Assembly: GCA_049999805.1 (NCBI GenBank)
Contig: JBNGIO010006289.1
Span: 663,141 to 701,939, forward strand
Direction: 5' to 3'
DNA from: Folioceros fuciformis
Lineage: Eukaryota
Length of the DNA: 38,799 nucleotides
Below, piece by piece: positions 1-11,395 of this stretch. The notes beneath the pieces were generated by a model, which worked only from the letters and a program-made list of their open reading frames with translations, had not been told where the DNA came from and searched no databases. Positions within the stretch are counted from its first letter, which is position 1, and every line of letters begins with the position of its first letter. The position numbers were made by a program, and so were the translations under genes.

Positions 1-95
1 ATGCCACTTTGTATTTGGCAGCGACAAGACATGCAGGTCTTGTGGTTATGATGGTCACATGTGACTGGATGTGGCCTTGACCCTTCTTCGTTCAG

Positions 96-1638
96 ACATC
101 TGCAACATGGCGAAAGACTTTGGAAAGGAAGACGTTTGTACTCAAATCAAACAACATGGTGGCACAGTGGTCATGAACTTAGTACCCTCTGTAACACATG
201 TGATTGCGGAGCGGAGTAGAGGTCCGTAACGGCAGCCTAACAGCTAGGATCACAAATGTACTTAGCAATTGATGCCGGAAATTGATCTTAACCGGGTGAT
301 GCAGGAATCCGATACGCAGCTGCAGCACAGAGTGGCATGGACGTTGTCTGCTTTTCATGGCTCAAAAAGTGCATTGAATGCAAAGAGCTGCTTCCTATCA
401 CTCCGAGGTGGGTCCTCTTGTGCAACTGCTGACGCACTGCGTAAGGCTGGCGGGACAAGCTCTCATCTACTACGCGAAATTGTTTGCAGGCAGTATCTGC
501 ACATGTCTACGTCGACAAAGCATAAGCTTCAGGAAGTAGTCGATGACTTCGGAGATGCATATTTTGAGCCGACAACCATTATCGAATTGCGCCAGGTAAG
601 GGCTTGTGGGGAGGGATAGCATGTCTTATCTGGGGATTATGACTTGGAAGTTTCCTCGTGAAGGACACCAGGATCTCTGAATGTTTTTGGCATGCGCAGG
701 TCGTTGACCGCATTTCGTGTCCGGACGATCAGCAATTCCTAGGCCGAGAAGCTGTCATTGACCTCGANNNNNNNNNNNNNNNNNNNNNNNNNNNNNNNNN
801 NNNNNNNNNNNNNNNNNNNNNNNNNNNNNNNNNNNNNNNNNNNNNNNNNNNNNNNNNNNNNNNNNNNACGCCATGTATTTAACCTGAATTCTGCTGTAAG
901 TTGGTCTATCTAGGCAGGAGGAGATCCTCAAAAGCTTTATCAATTGGTGGCTGTTTCTCGGTGCAGGGATCCTCAAGCTCACGTAGTAGCAAGATTATCT
1001 CTTAAAAGAATCTGTATAGCTGCAGCGATGTGGGGAGCAACTATTTCTCATCAACCGCACTCTGGAGTAACCCATGTCGTCTGCTACTTACCACGCGATG
1101 AGGAAGTCTCGTCCGGCTTTAGGGGGAGGTCGGTAACTGCAGCCGCTGCACTCTTTTCCCACTACGAACTTATGGCAATGCAAATTTGTCTGCAGAACGC
1201 TTACGCTCGGAATCTGCAAACTGTCTGAGGTGGTCTTCCCTACAGCTTGGTTCAGGAATTGTCACTGGAGGAAAGGACGAACGTGGTCAATCATCTATGG
1301 CTGGAGGCGTGTATAGTTGAGCAACAACTCCTGTCGCTTGATGAGTACGCTGTGAGGTACAACGATGCACCAAGTACCGTCTTTGACTAGTTCTTGAGCG
1401 TTGGGGTTAAACTCCTTGATGTGGACTGTGGAGTGAAATCAGAGATTACTCTGAAACTGTTGGGACCAAGCTGGTTGAGGGAAGCACTGTTACACATGTC
1501 CAACCAGACGTCCTGGGGCATTGTAAATTGGATGCGACCTGTTCGAGAACCAGGGATCCCAAAGATGTCCTGAAAAAGAGCGTGGCCCGTTCTGCGAGGC
1601 CGGATACGAAGCGTAAGCTGCGTTCGGTTGTACAATGA
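96..1638 (+). CDS. LIG4: DNA ligase IV, C-terminal tandem BRCT region (5' part lies outside the window; spliced; interrupted by an N gap; exact last exon uncertain)
   Basis: Spliced exons read ...QIKQHGGTVVMNLVPSVTHVIAERSRG|IRYAAAAQSGMDVVCFSWLKKCIECKELLPITPR|QYLHMSTSTKHKLQEVVDDFGDAYFEPTTIIELRQ (BRCT1 plus the XRCC4-interacting D.FGD.Y linker). These are followed by ...LKRICIAAAMWGATISHQPHSGVTHVVCY...VVNHLWLEACIVEQQLLSLDEY (BRCT2). The stop is at 1390 if unspliced, or at 1638 via a 1357-1442 intron. Confidence 0.85.
768..867. other. Assembly gap (100 N)
   Basis: Run of 100 n inside the LIG4 gene. Confidence 1.
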
Positions 1639-2507
1639 CAAGGTCCTGTCACAGCAGAGCTCCGAGGTGGGACCTCACAGTTCCATGCAACTTGGGAGGT
1701 CACTGTGACCAATAGAAGATTGAAGATCTAATGTGTACCGAAAAGTTGTAAACCGTCGTGATTCATTCCTCCGGAAATTGAGAAGTTTCTGGCCGTGGCC
1801 AGATTTCTCTGCCTAAACATCCCATGGCGTCAACGCAGCGATGCAGACACAAGTGGCAAGGAAGGCTACATCTGCACGGAACCAAATTCAATTGATCGAG
1901 CAGTGCATCAGCCGAGGCGGCATGACATCGCTGTTTTGATAGGTTGAAGAGACCATGCCGTTTGATACTCTTCCACCAAACCCGATGTAAGACATTTTTG
2001 TGTTGCTCCTCCATCTTGCGCTGACTTGTTGAAGGTTTCCTCTTGACCCGGTAATGAGTGGACGGACCATCTGATTTCGCTCCCGATAAGATGTCGATTC
2101 TCTGACATTTTTTGGGTCTGAGTCATGGTATCGGACGTGGATGCGTTTTCACAGTTATAGGCCCACGAGGAGATTGAACCTCGACAGAAATGCTGTCGTG
2201 AGAACAACAGGCCCTTCTGCCAGCAGTTCGTATTATAGATCCTGTATTTGCTCTGACTCGTTGCACCGTAGGAATGTGGCCATCTCTCCCAGCTTTCCTC
2301 GTGCGAATTCTCGTGACTCGTCGGAAGAGCTTCTGATGCAGCAGGAGTACGTGACGGGAATGCGAATGAAGACTAAGCTTTGGGTGAATGTAGAGTCTGT
2401 TCAATCTGCGGATATGTTCCGCAAGTCCGTGGATAGGTGCTTGGGCACCTCATGCTTCCAAGTAGAAATGTAATGTGGGTCAGCGGGTTAAGTTTCCACA
2501 GCGGGGT

Positions 2508-4324
2508 TCAGTCGCCGGAAATGCGGTTGTTCTCCGATCCGATGATGTCCGCCAGGTCGTCGGCAAGAGCTTCCTCGCGTCCCAGCACCGTGGTCAGGTG
2601 GTCAACTCCTGGGATGTGCTTGAGGCGAACATTGGAAAAGCGATTGGCCAGCTCAAGGCTGCACTTGGGTGGGCACACACAGTCTTTGTCGCCATACATG
2701 GCCCAAACAGAGCGGCCCGCGTTTTCCAGCACCCTCATGCACTTATCCACAACGTCGGCCCCAGCGCACAGCGTGTTATGAAAGGAGTGCCAGCCTGAGT
2801 TATGTGTGTGGCGCGTGAAGTCCCGTATGAAGGATTGTGGCAGCCTATTCTTGGGAACATGCCACCAGGTGAGCGCAGGGTGAACAATTTAAGACTCGCA
2901 ATAACAATCCGATGGAGGGATGTGGCTCACCAGTGTCCGACCACCTTGGGCACCATGAACAGGAGAAGAGGCTCCCACAGCCGGTGGTTCTTGCAGATGG
3001 TCAAACAGGACAGCCGTCCAACGTGCTCGTACCATGACATGACGGCGGAGCCAAAACACCTCATGGGCCAGACCTTCTTGGGAGCCACTTGACACAAGAA
3101 GTAGTGGCTGCTCCCTCGTACTTCCTCTGGGGCCGGAAAGTAGGGCTGCAATGCACATCACAAAGATGTAGAGAGAAAGCCTCAATGCGTAAGAACAAGG
3201 CCCCGTGGACCAACCTTGTATGCCCACTAATAGGAAGGGAAGGGAAAGCAAGCGAAGGGCAGGGAAGGGAAGGGAATGCATGACCCACCGGAGCTATAAG
3301 AGTGACCGACTGCACTACCCTCGGGTCCTGGGCTGCTAAAGCCAGCGCAATGACGCATCCCATAGAATGACCCACGACGTGAAACTTTTCCACCCCATAC
3401 TTGTGAGCAAGGGATCTCTTGATCATAGTTATCTGATCTGAGATAGTGTATCCAGAGTCCCTGGGCTTGGGACTCTTCCCCCAACCAAGTAAGTCAGGAG
3501 CAAAGAGGCGATACGAGCGTCCTGTCGACTTGGAAAGGTGAGAGAGCACAGCATGACTCCAAAAAGTGGAGGAAGAGAGAAAGCCATGAAGGAAAACCAC
3601 ATTCTTGGTGTCTGGACATCCCACCCCACCATTCCAGTTGCTCTCATTATTCGTGGTGTCTGGACAGGCCACACCGCTGCTGCCGTTGCTGTCCACAGAA
3701 ACATCTGACAACCCACCCTTTTGTCAGTTTACCCTTTTTATCACACACACCACATACCTCCAGCACTCGCAAACGTCACCAACCTTCAACATGAACGTAG
3801 AGATAATCATCTTCGCCCTGCCAGGAAGTGCATTCGTGGCAACTACAATCAGACCAGCAGGTATGATTGGACACCTTGTTGGTGGAAAAGAGCTTCCCAC
3901 CAACCTTGCCCTCCAAGACCCTGCCTTGCACAAGGCCCTTCCTCACCCATTCTGACAAAGCCCAGAGAGCGGACTGCCGACCCCCAAGTGCCTTCCGATC
4001 ACGACCGTGTCTGGCCCCGTACTGTACAGTCTGCGAAGGGTTATTGAATTGCAGACAATCCGCGACGTCATCTTTGCCACTCACACCCTCCAGACCGACA
4101 CTCCCAGAATCCGCACATTCCGTTCCGGATTGCTTGTGGCAGTAGCAAGACGAACAATGAGGGCACCAAATCGAATCAACCACCGCAAACACACAGCAAA
4201 GTAGTCCATCAAGAACATCAAGGTACGCAAACAGAACCAAGCTGCAAAGGTCCACCAGCAAGTCCCTTCCCCTCCACACGATCCAATTCAGGCTCTGCGC
4301 AGAACAAACGGGCCCCGGTCTCAT
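2508..4324 (-). CDS. BDG: BODYGUARD-family alpha/beta hydrolase (cuticle-associated); 4 exons approx. 4324-3784, 3704-3289, 3145-2931, 2844-2508
   Basis: BDG hallmark segments are LFAYLDVLDGLLC...SCYC, WSDCSCHECTSW, VVFLHGFLSSSTFW, APDLLGWGKSPKP, the GHSMG nucleophile elbow, VAPKKVWP..FGSAVMSWYEH, FTRHTHNSGWHSFHN, YGDKD and DHLTTVLGRE. GT-AG junctions join in frame. The start codon is uncertain. Confidence 0.9.
3233..3275. repeat. Degenerate (GAAGG)n pentanucleotide microsatellite in a BDG intron
   Basis: ggaagggaagggaaagcaagcgaagggcagggaagggaaggga. Confidence 0.7.
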
Positions 4325-4979
4325 CAGTCCCCGAAACTGAACAGGAATGCATGCACGGCACTCTAATCGACCCAACAATCATCGTCACCATGAAAGCCAT
4401 GGCCGGAGGAGGCTAGGTGTCGGAGCGCAGCAGAAGCCTGGGCGGAAGAGTGCTGGGAAGAGCGAGCGCAAGGACATAGTAATGACGGAAGTGGAGAGCT
4501 TCATTGGGTCGGAAAGAGAAGACCAAGCGCATCTCTTGTTGGGGCGCGCAGTTTTGCGGAGCATCCTCCTCGCAGGAAGGGCGCAGAACAAGTGGGTGTC
4601 GTCCAGCCGTCGTCTCATGGCTAATGCACCCCCTCTCCATTGGCCGGAACAAATTCCCCCCAGCTTTTGGTAGGCACTTCATTGTCAAATTTCGATTTTC
4701 GACTAACGTTCGTTAGGTCCATTTGTGCCGGACCCCTTACTTTTAAATTTTCAGACTGGTTACGCTTCGAATTCTAGATATTTTCTTAATTTAAGATATA
4801 CATAAGACAGTATATTAAATTTTAATTATTAAAAATATGGAAATTCATCTACTCTATGGACAAGGGGAACAACCCAACCAAGGTTACCAAAACAAAGGTA
4901 ACTAGCCCCAGGAACTTTCAAAATTATTATAAACATTTAAAATTATTGTAGCACTTCCTGTTACACTATGCTATATTTC

Positions 4980-5509
4980 AGTGGACGAAGACCTTCCTCA
5001 CCAAAGCCACCATAAGGTGAGAACACCATCCCAACCCGCCATAGGAGAAACAGCACAGCCTACAGTGGGGGGAGAAGGTGCACCTAAGGTGGGTAAGGTA
5101 TCCCACCCTACCTTGAAGGAGGAAAATGGTGCTTTGCTCTCCAAATGATGACCTGCCAAAAGCCGTGGCAACAAGAACATGAGACATTACCAAGGGAACC
5201 ACAAGGCGGAGATGTGGCATGACCCAGACCAACACTCTACCACTTTAGATGTGAATAAAAGAGGCAAGCGACTGCTAGTGAGCGAAGAGACGCCTTGAAG
5301 GGTCAAGCAGAATTTCGGAGATGATTATGGGGAATTGTCAGCAGGATCTAGAGAGCTCCATCACAGTTGGCTAAGTTTTGCAACAGGAGGCCCCACTTTG
5401 CTCGGCGTTCTACAAGATACTCATACGAGTCCACTTTTAATTTAGCTAAACATTGTTGTCGGGGTCTTAATGTTAGGCTAGAAAAGAAGGTAGGCTAGGA
5501 GTATAAGAT
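4980..5509 (-). mobile_element. Possible very degenerate non-LTR (LINE-like) 3' remnant; apparently continues at 10714-10950 on the other side of the copia insertion
   Basis: Broken minus-strand frames with CSCC...ES...VGWD loosely resemble the L1 C-terminal zinc-finger region. The similarity is weak and recognised by eye only. Confidence 0.25.
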
Positions 5510-5514
5510 GAGGG

Positions 5515-5696
5515 TGTTAGAATAGCTAACACATCAGCCTAATTTACTTCATCCAAACAACACCTCTCACGACTCTTCTACACACTCGTTGACACGCACC
5601 TGTTCAACATGTCCCTTCGTGGCATACACCTTGCGGCAGGTGACATTCCTAATTTAGTTCTTTCCTTCGCTCTCTTGATTTCTGTTCATCATTACA
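5515..5696 (+). repeat. 5' LTR (182 bp, TG...CA)
   Basis: Begins TGTTAGAATAGCT, ends CATTACA, directly followed by the PBS; aligns with 10534-10708. Confidence 0.95.
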
Positions 5697-5739
5697 TGGT
5701 ATCAGAGCATTTTAGTGCTCCTCCTTTTTGCCCCTAATC

Positions 5740-8700
5740 ATGGCAAGGGGAAGAGGATTTCCTAAGCAGAATCCAAGAGTTTGCGAACATTGTAAATTAC
5801 AACAGAATGTAGAAAGCCTGAGGTCAAATACCTCACAGCAATTCGATCTCATGAGTATTCTCATAGATAGAGTCAATTCCCTCAATATGTAGGTTGAGAG
5901 GCTTTCTTCTTCACAGCAAACCTCAGATCCCTCTAGATTCTAAGAGATTGTAGGTCTATCTAAAATGGTTGGTGTATCTTCTCAAATGTCTTGCACCTAT
6001 CAAGTAGACAAACTCACAATCACAAATTATAACATATGAAACATCAAATTAGAAATGCTTCTTAGAGGTTTTGAATTGTGGAGAGTGGTAGATGGTTTAG
6101 AACCTAATCCAAGAAATGTTGATCCTATTGCTTAAGCTGCTTGGCTTCTTAAAGATGATAAGGCCCAGTCTAAAATTCTCATCCATTGTGGAGACAATCA
6201 GATCAAACAGGTTAGAACCATAAAGACCTCCAAAGAGGTTTGGGACAAGTTTAAGGCCTCTTACCTTTAGACCGACACAACATCACATGTTGCAGTAAAC
6301 AAAAAACTACTGAACCTCCAACTCTCCGAAGAGCAACCCCTTCTTGAATTCTTGGATAATTTCCAGGTCATCATGGATGAAGCTGCCCTTGCAAGCCTTG
6401 ATGTTCCTCCACCACAACAAAAAATGATTTTGTTGTGTGCCATGCCACCCAGTTGGGGCCCCTTCCTCACCACACGTGGTGGAAATGCTACCCTAATCGT
6501 TCCTGAACTCATTGGCAAAATCTTGCAAGAATCCTCTATGCGGGGGCTTCTCAACCCAGGATCAGATGCCATCAAACCGATGGCCTTCTTCTCCACCAAC
6601 CAAGGAAAACGCAATCCACAGCAGCAAAAGCCGTCTCACCACCCAGGCGTTGGTGCTGGTGCTTCTACATCGAGCGGCTCTCCCACAAAGCCCAAGATCA
6701 TTTATCATTATTGCCAGAAACTTAATCACACCTCTCTAGAGTGTCAGAAGAAGGCCCGTGACAAGGCTAATGGAACTCTCAAGCCCCAAGCCAATGTAGC
6801 CATCTTTCTTGGTACTACCCTGCATCTGTTTTGTACAACAACCTATCACCACGCGATCATGAGAGACACTTCGTTCTTGGACACTAGAGCGACACAACAC
6901 ATGACTTCCCTACGCGAGTGGTTTACAACTTACTCAACTGCCCCAACTCCGTTTAAAGTTTTCATCGGTGATAATGCATCTCATGAGGCCATAGGTTTTG
7001 GCACCGTCTCTGTAAAACTTCGCACGGGGCACCTTACACCATTAGTCAATATTTTTCACGTTCCAGCCTTAGCACGCAATTTGGTCTTGGTCTGCCAAGC
7101 CACCCAAAATGGCAACACCTTAGACTTTTTCTATGATCACTACGTTGTCAAAACAACCATTGCTGGTGAGCCAGTGACTGTCACATGTCTTCAAAAAGGC
7201 TGCTTATACCTATTAGGTGTAGGCATTTCCAGCAGTTTCACTTCCTTAGCGATCACTAATTCTCCACATGTTGAAACAATTTGTTGGCATTGCCGACTGG
7301 GACACCCAAACTTACAACGTATGAAGGCTCTACAAATAAAATGTTTGGTGACCATCCCAACACCTCCTTTCAAGGATCTGCCCCTCTGTGAGGATTGTGT
7401 GATGGGCAGTCACCACAAGACTCCCTTTCCCAAAAGAGTCACCACTACACCTGACGATCTTCTCGATGTGGTTGTCTCTGATGTATGTGGCAAATACAAT
7501 CTCCTTGAGGTGCCAAATACTTTACGTTCTTTATAGACCTCAAATCTAGGTACACAATCCCTTATTTTTTGAGACAAAAATTAGGAGTCTTCCTTTGCTT
7601 TCAAAAATACAAGCCTCTTGTGCAAAATCAACTAGGTCGCAAGATCAAAACCCTCAAATCTGACGAGGGAGGAGAGTATACTTCTAATAAAATCCCGGCA
7701 TTTTCTGCTACGCATGGCATGAAACGGGAGTTCACCATACCATGCTCCTCAGAGAAAAATGGCAATGCTGAAAGTAAAAACAGAAATCTCCTAAACACTG
7801 CACGTAGCTTGCTTCACACTACTAGCTTGCCTCACTCTTTTTGGCCAGAAGCAGTCAACATTGCTTGTTACTTGCAAAATAGATTGCCTAGCTCTACGCT
7901 ACATGGTCTCACACCCTATCAAGTTTGGCATAATAGGCCACTAGTGTTGAGATGTCACCCCCGCCATGCTCAAAAGAGGTTAAAACAAGTTAGTTGAAGC
8001 AAGATGCAGAATCCCAAAAATAAGAGCACTATAACAAGGCTCTTAAACTCAAATAAAAGGAGAATTACAAAAAACAACACAATGCAAGTGAAGAGGGAGT
8101 TAGACTACAAATACTAGGTGGGTTCATCCCTTCTTTTATGGACCTATGGGTGGCACTCTCATTTCATGCCCAATATGGGATAAATGACCCCAAATCCTAC
8201 AATACCTTTTTGCCTAATATAACAAAGTCTAATAAGCTATATATATTAATCATAACCTTAATCACTCTTACCACTAATTAGTACAAACTCAATAAGCTGG
8301 ATTAGCACTAATTAATCTCAACATTAATCATGCTTAACAACTAGATCTTTCACTTTACGTATATTTGGCTGCCTTGCCTTCTCACACATTCCCGATGATA
8401 AGCGCATGAAACTAGATGCTAAGTTCGAGAATTTTTTTCTACTTGGGTATGGTGAGGATAAAGGTGTCAAAGCCTATCGGCTCCTTGCGGCTGCCAATCA
8501 TAGGATTTTCTACAGCCGGAATGTCATCTTCAACGAAGCAGCTTTGCTTCCAATTGAGGGCAGGGGGGGGACGCTCCCTCCTCAAGCCAAACTCCAATTT
8601 CCAAACTTACAAGTGCACCTAGTGAACAAGCCAATGCAGAAGATGTCATAAGTAAAGAGGTATCCATTGAAGGTGCACCTGTTCAAGCTGCTCCACCGGT

Positions 8701-10500
8701 AGTACCTCAAGCCGCTCCAATAACCCCACCTACTCCATCGACATCTCATTGGGAACACTTGGCTGAGTGGCTAAGGGCGGCATAAATTCCTCTTCCGGAT
8801 TCCGAACCTGAAGATGATTTCTTCACTCCTGATGGTGGTACCCCTACTTTACTCCAAGTTTTCCCTCAAATTTTACCCTACAACTGAAACATTCTCAACT
8901 ACAACCCCTCGTGTCTCCCTTAGAGCAAACAAGGGTCAATACAATTCTACAAAGTATCATGTTGAGGCATTTTTCGCCTCTCACACATTGATTAGTCAAA
9001 TTGCTAAATCACTACCATATAGTGAAGCTCTAAGTGATATCACTATCACTATCACAACAAAACCTGGCAGCTTGTAGACAAACCTCCCAACAGATCTGTG
9101 GTCACACGCAAATGGGTACTTAAGAAGAAGTATAATGCTCCTGGTAGCCTTAACAAACGTAAGGCTAGATTAGTTGCTAGGGGCTTCTCATAGAAAGAAG
9201 GTCTAGACTACAATGAGACCTTCAGCCCTGTCATAAAAATAACATCTCTATGAGTCCTAATAGCTCTAGCTGCAATCCATAATCTACATATTCACCAATT
9301 AGATGTCTAAAATGCATTTCTGAATGGACACCTACGTGAGGAGATTTACATGACCCAACCTGAGGGCTACATCGAAAAATCAAGCCCGACTAAGGTATGC
9401 CGGCTGCTTTGCACCATCTATGGCTTGAAGCAATCGCCTCAAATGTGGTATGAACGCCTACACCACTTCTTATTGTCCCTTGGTTATGTTAGATGCACAT
9501 TAGACTTCAATGTCTATGTAAAATGCAACTCAGATTTATTTGTGGTACTAGGCATCTACGTAGATGATATTCCTATCATGTCAAACAACTTGGCCTATCT
9601 AACATAGGGCAATGCAGACCTAGGTGCAGAAAATCCTAGGCATGCAAGTGCAACACAACAAATTTGCAGGCACTATCACCTTAGTGCAAGAAAAGTACAT
9701 AAATGATGTCTTGGCTAGATATAACATGTCAAACTACAAGCTTTTGCCACTCCTATGGGTGCTAGTCTCAAACTTTCCAAACACATGGAACCTTCCACTA
9801 AGGAAGAAAAGCTAAGTATGGCATTAATACCTTATTCCAATCTATGTGGAAGTGTTCTTCACGGTTCTAACATGACCAAGGTAGACCTTGCCTACACCTC
9901 AAGCAATTTGTCACAGTACATGGCCAATCCTGGCCCCCGTCACTGGACATCAGGCAAGAGGTCTCTCAGGTATATGAAAGGCAACTCCACTCTTAGGATT
10001 CGCTATGGAGGTACACAAGTTTCCAAAGAGCAACATCAGCTTTGTGGGTGGTTAGATTCGGACTGGGCTGGCGACACCGACTCAAGGAGGTCTACTACTA
10101 GTTACGTCTGCACCCTTGGTGGCGGTTCAGTCTCCTAGCGCTCTCGCAAGCAATCCACTATGGCGCTTTCGTCCATTGAAGCAGAATACATGGCTGCTGT
10201 TGATGCAGTCAAAAATTGCCTCTTCATTTGTATGCTACTTGCAGAGATTGGCTTCCTATGCTCTGGACCTGCTCCGCTCTTCTGCGGCAACCAAAGCTAC
10301 ATAGCTCTAATTTAGAATCCTCGGTTTCACGACAGGAGCAAGCATATTGCTCTTAGGAACCACTTCCTACGCGAGAAGGTTGAAGCTAGAGAAGTTGCCT
10401 TGCATTTCTGCTCCACCGCTAATCAATGGGCAGACATGCTGACCAAGGCTCTTCCTCGAACCAAGCTTGAAGCCTGTTGGGCAGGAGTTGGTCTCGTTTC
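5740..10500 (+). pseudogene. copia gag-pol polyprotein pseudogene
   Basis: ORF fragments 6352-7536, 7569-7997, 8406-8651, 9350-9607 and 9755-10138 carry the domain motifs. In-frame TAG/TAA/TGA stops and frameshifts occur throughout. Confidence 0.93.
7945..8339. mobile_element. Solo LTR (395 bp) of an unrelated retroelement inserted in the copia integrase
   Basis: Termini TGTT...AACA, 5-bp TSD ACTAG (7940-7944 and 8340-8344). Removing it restores YQVWHNRPL-DLS..(1-nt loss)..LRIFGCLAFSHIP..KLD. Confidence 0.9.
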
Positions 10501-10533
10501 TACATCATTGACTGTTCGATGAAGGGGGGGGGG

Positions 10534-10708
10534 TGTTAGAATAACTGACACATCAGCCTAGTTTACTTCATCCAAACAGCACCTCTCACGACTCTTCTAC
10601 ACGCACCTGTTGACACGCACCTATTCAACATGTCCCTTCGTGGCATACACCCTGGTGGTATTCCTAATTTTCTTTCCTTCACTCTCTTGATTCTTGCACA
10701 TCATTATA
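10534..10708 (+). repeat. 3' LTR (175 bp; terminal CA mutated to TA)
   Basis: Preceded by the PPT GAAG(G)n, similar to the 5' LTR, followed by TSD GAGGG. Confidence 0.95.
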
Positions 10709-11395
10709 GAGGGAGGGTTGTCAGCCTCTGGTGTGGAGTTTTGTGGCCGTGTGTTGTAATTAATCTTATCTTTTGGGCCCTCATTCTCTACCACCATGAT
10801 TATCCCCCTTCGAAAATTTGGGACTATGTTGTTGGGGACTTTAATAAGGTAGTCCCAAATTTCTCTTTCCTCGTGGTGGCTTTCGTCGACAATGCTTATC
10901 CATTGCTTTGTAAAGAGCATTAATGAGCTTCTTGGCCACCTAGTGGTAGGTCAATTTTTTCTTATTTCGTATTATAATATTTTGGGAGCAATTGGTAGTT
11001 TTGAAAACGATATTCGAAAGGAACTAGTACTTTTGGACTTTCGTTGGAGTACATTGGATTTTTCAAATAAAAAAATAAAAAATAAAGCTTAATAATTCTC
11101 TTAACCCTGTCGATAATGTCATACACGGTGCTCATAAGTTAGCTCTTCCTACCCCATGCCTTACCTGCATAAAGTCGCATGCGGGCATCCACGTCTGCCG
11201 GGAAGCCTGGGCTCGCAACAGAGTGTATTCGGGGCAGGTAGTTTCACGCTATCAGAATGGCAGCCCGATGCGATGCAATGCGAGAGGGGTAAGTAGGAGA
11301 AGGATAGGGAGAGCAGGTGGGGAGGTGGAGCATCGGTGCGGGAGCTGCAACGGCCAAGTAACCGCGCCCAAGCCCGCCTGCTTTCCCCGGCTGTG

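Larger units (their letters stand above)
5515..10708 (+). mobile_element. Full-length, decayed Ty1/copia LTR retrotransposon with 5-bp TSD GAGGG
   Basis: Two similar LTRs (5515-5696, 10534-10708), PBS TGGTATCAGAGC (tRNA-iMet) at 5697-5708, PPT at 10521-10533, and GAGGG on both sides (5510-5514, 10709-10713). Internal order is gag (YHYCQKLNHTSLEC knuckle), protease (LDTRATQHM), integrase (WHCRLGH..CEDC, SDVCG, KSDEGGEY, NGNAESKN), RT (KARLVARGF, YVDD) and RNaseH (DSDWAG, ADMLTK). There are many stops and frameshifts. Confidence 0.97.

Noticed and set aside
10630-10923. Hydrophobic 97-aa ORF after the copia pol as an env-like gene
   Set aside because: It starts inside the 3' LTR and runs past the TSD into flanking DNA, so it cannot be an element gene.
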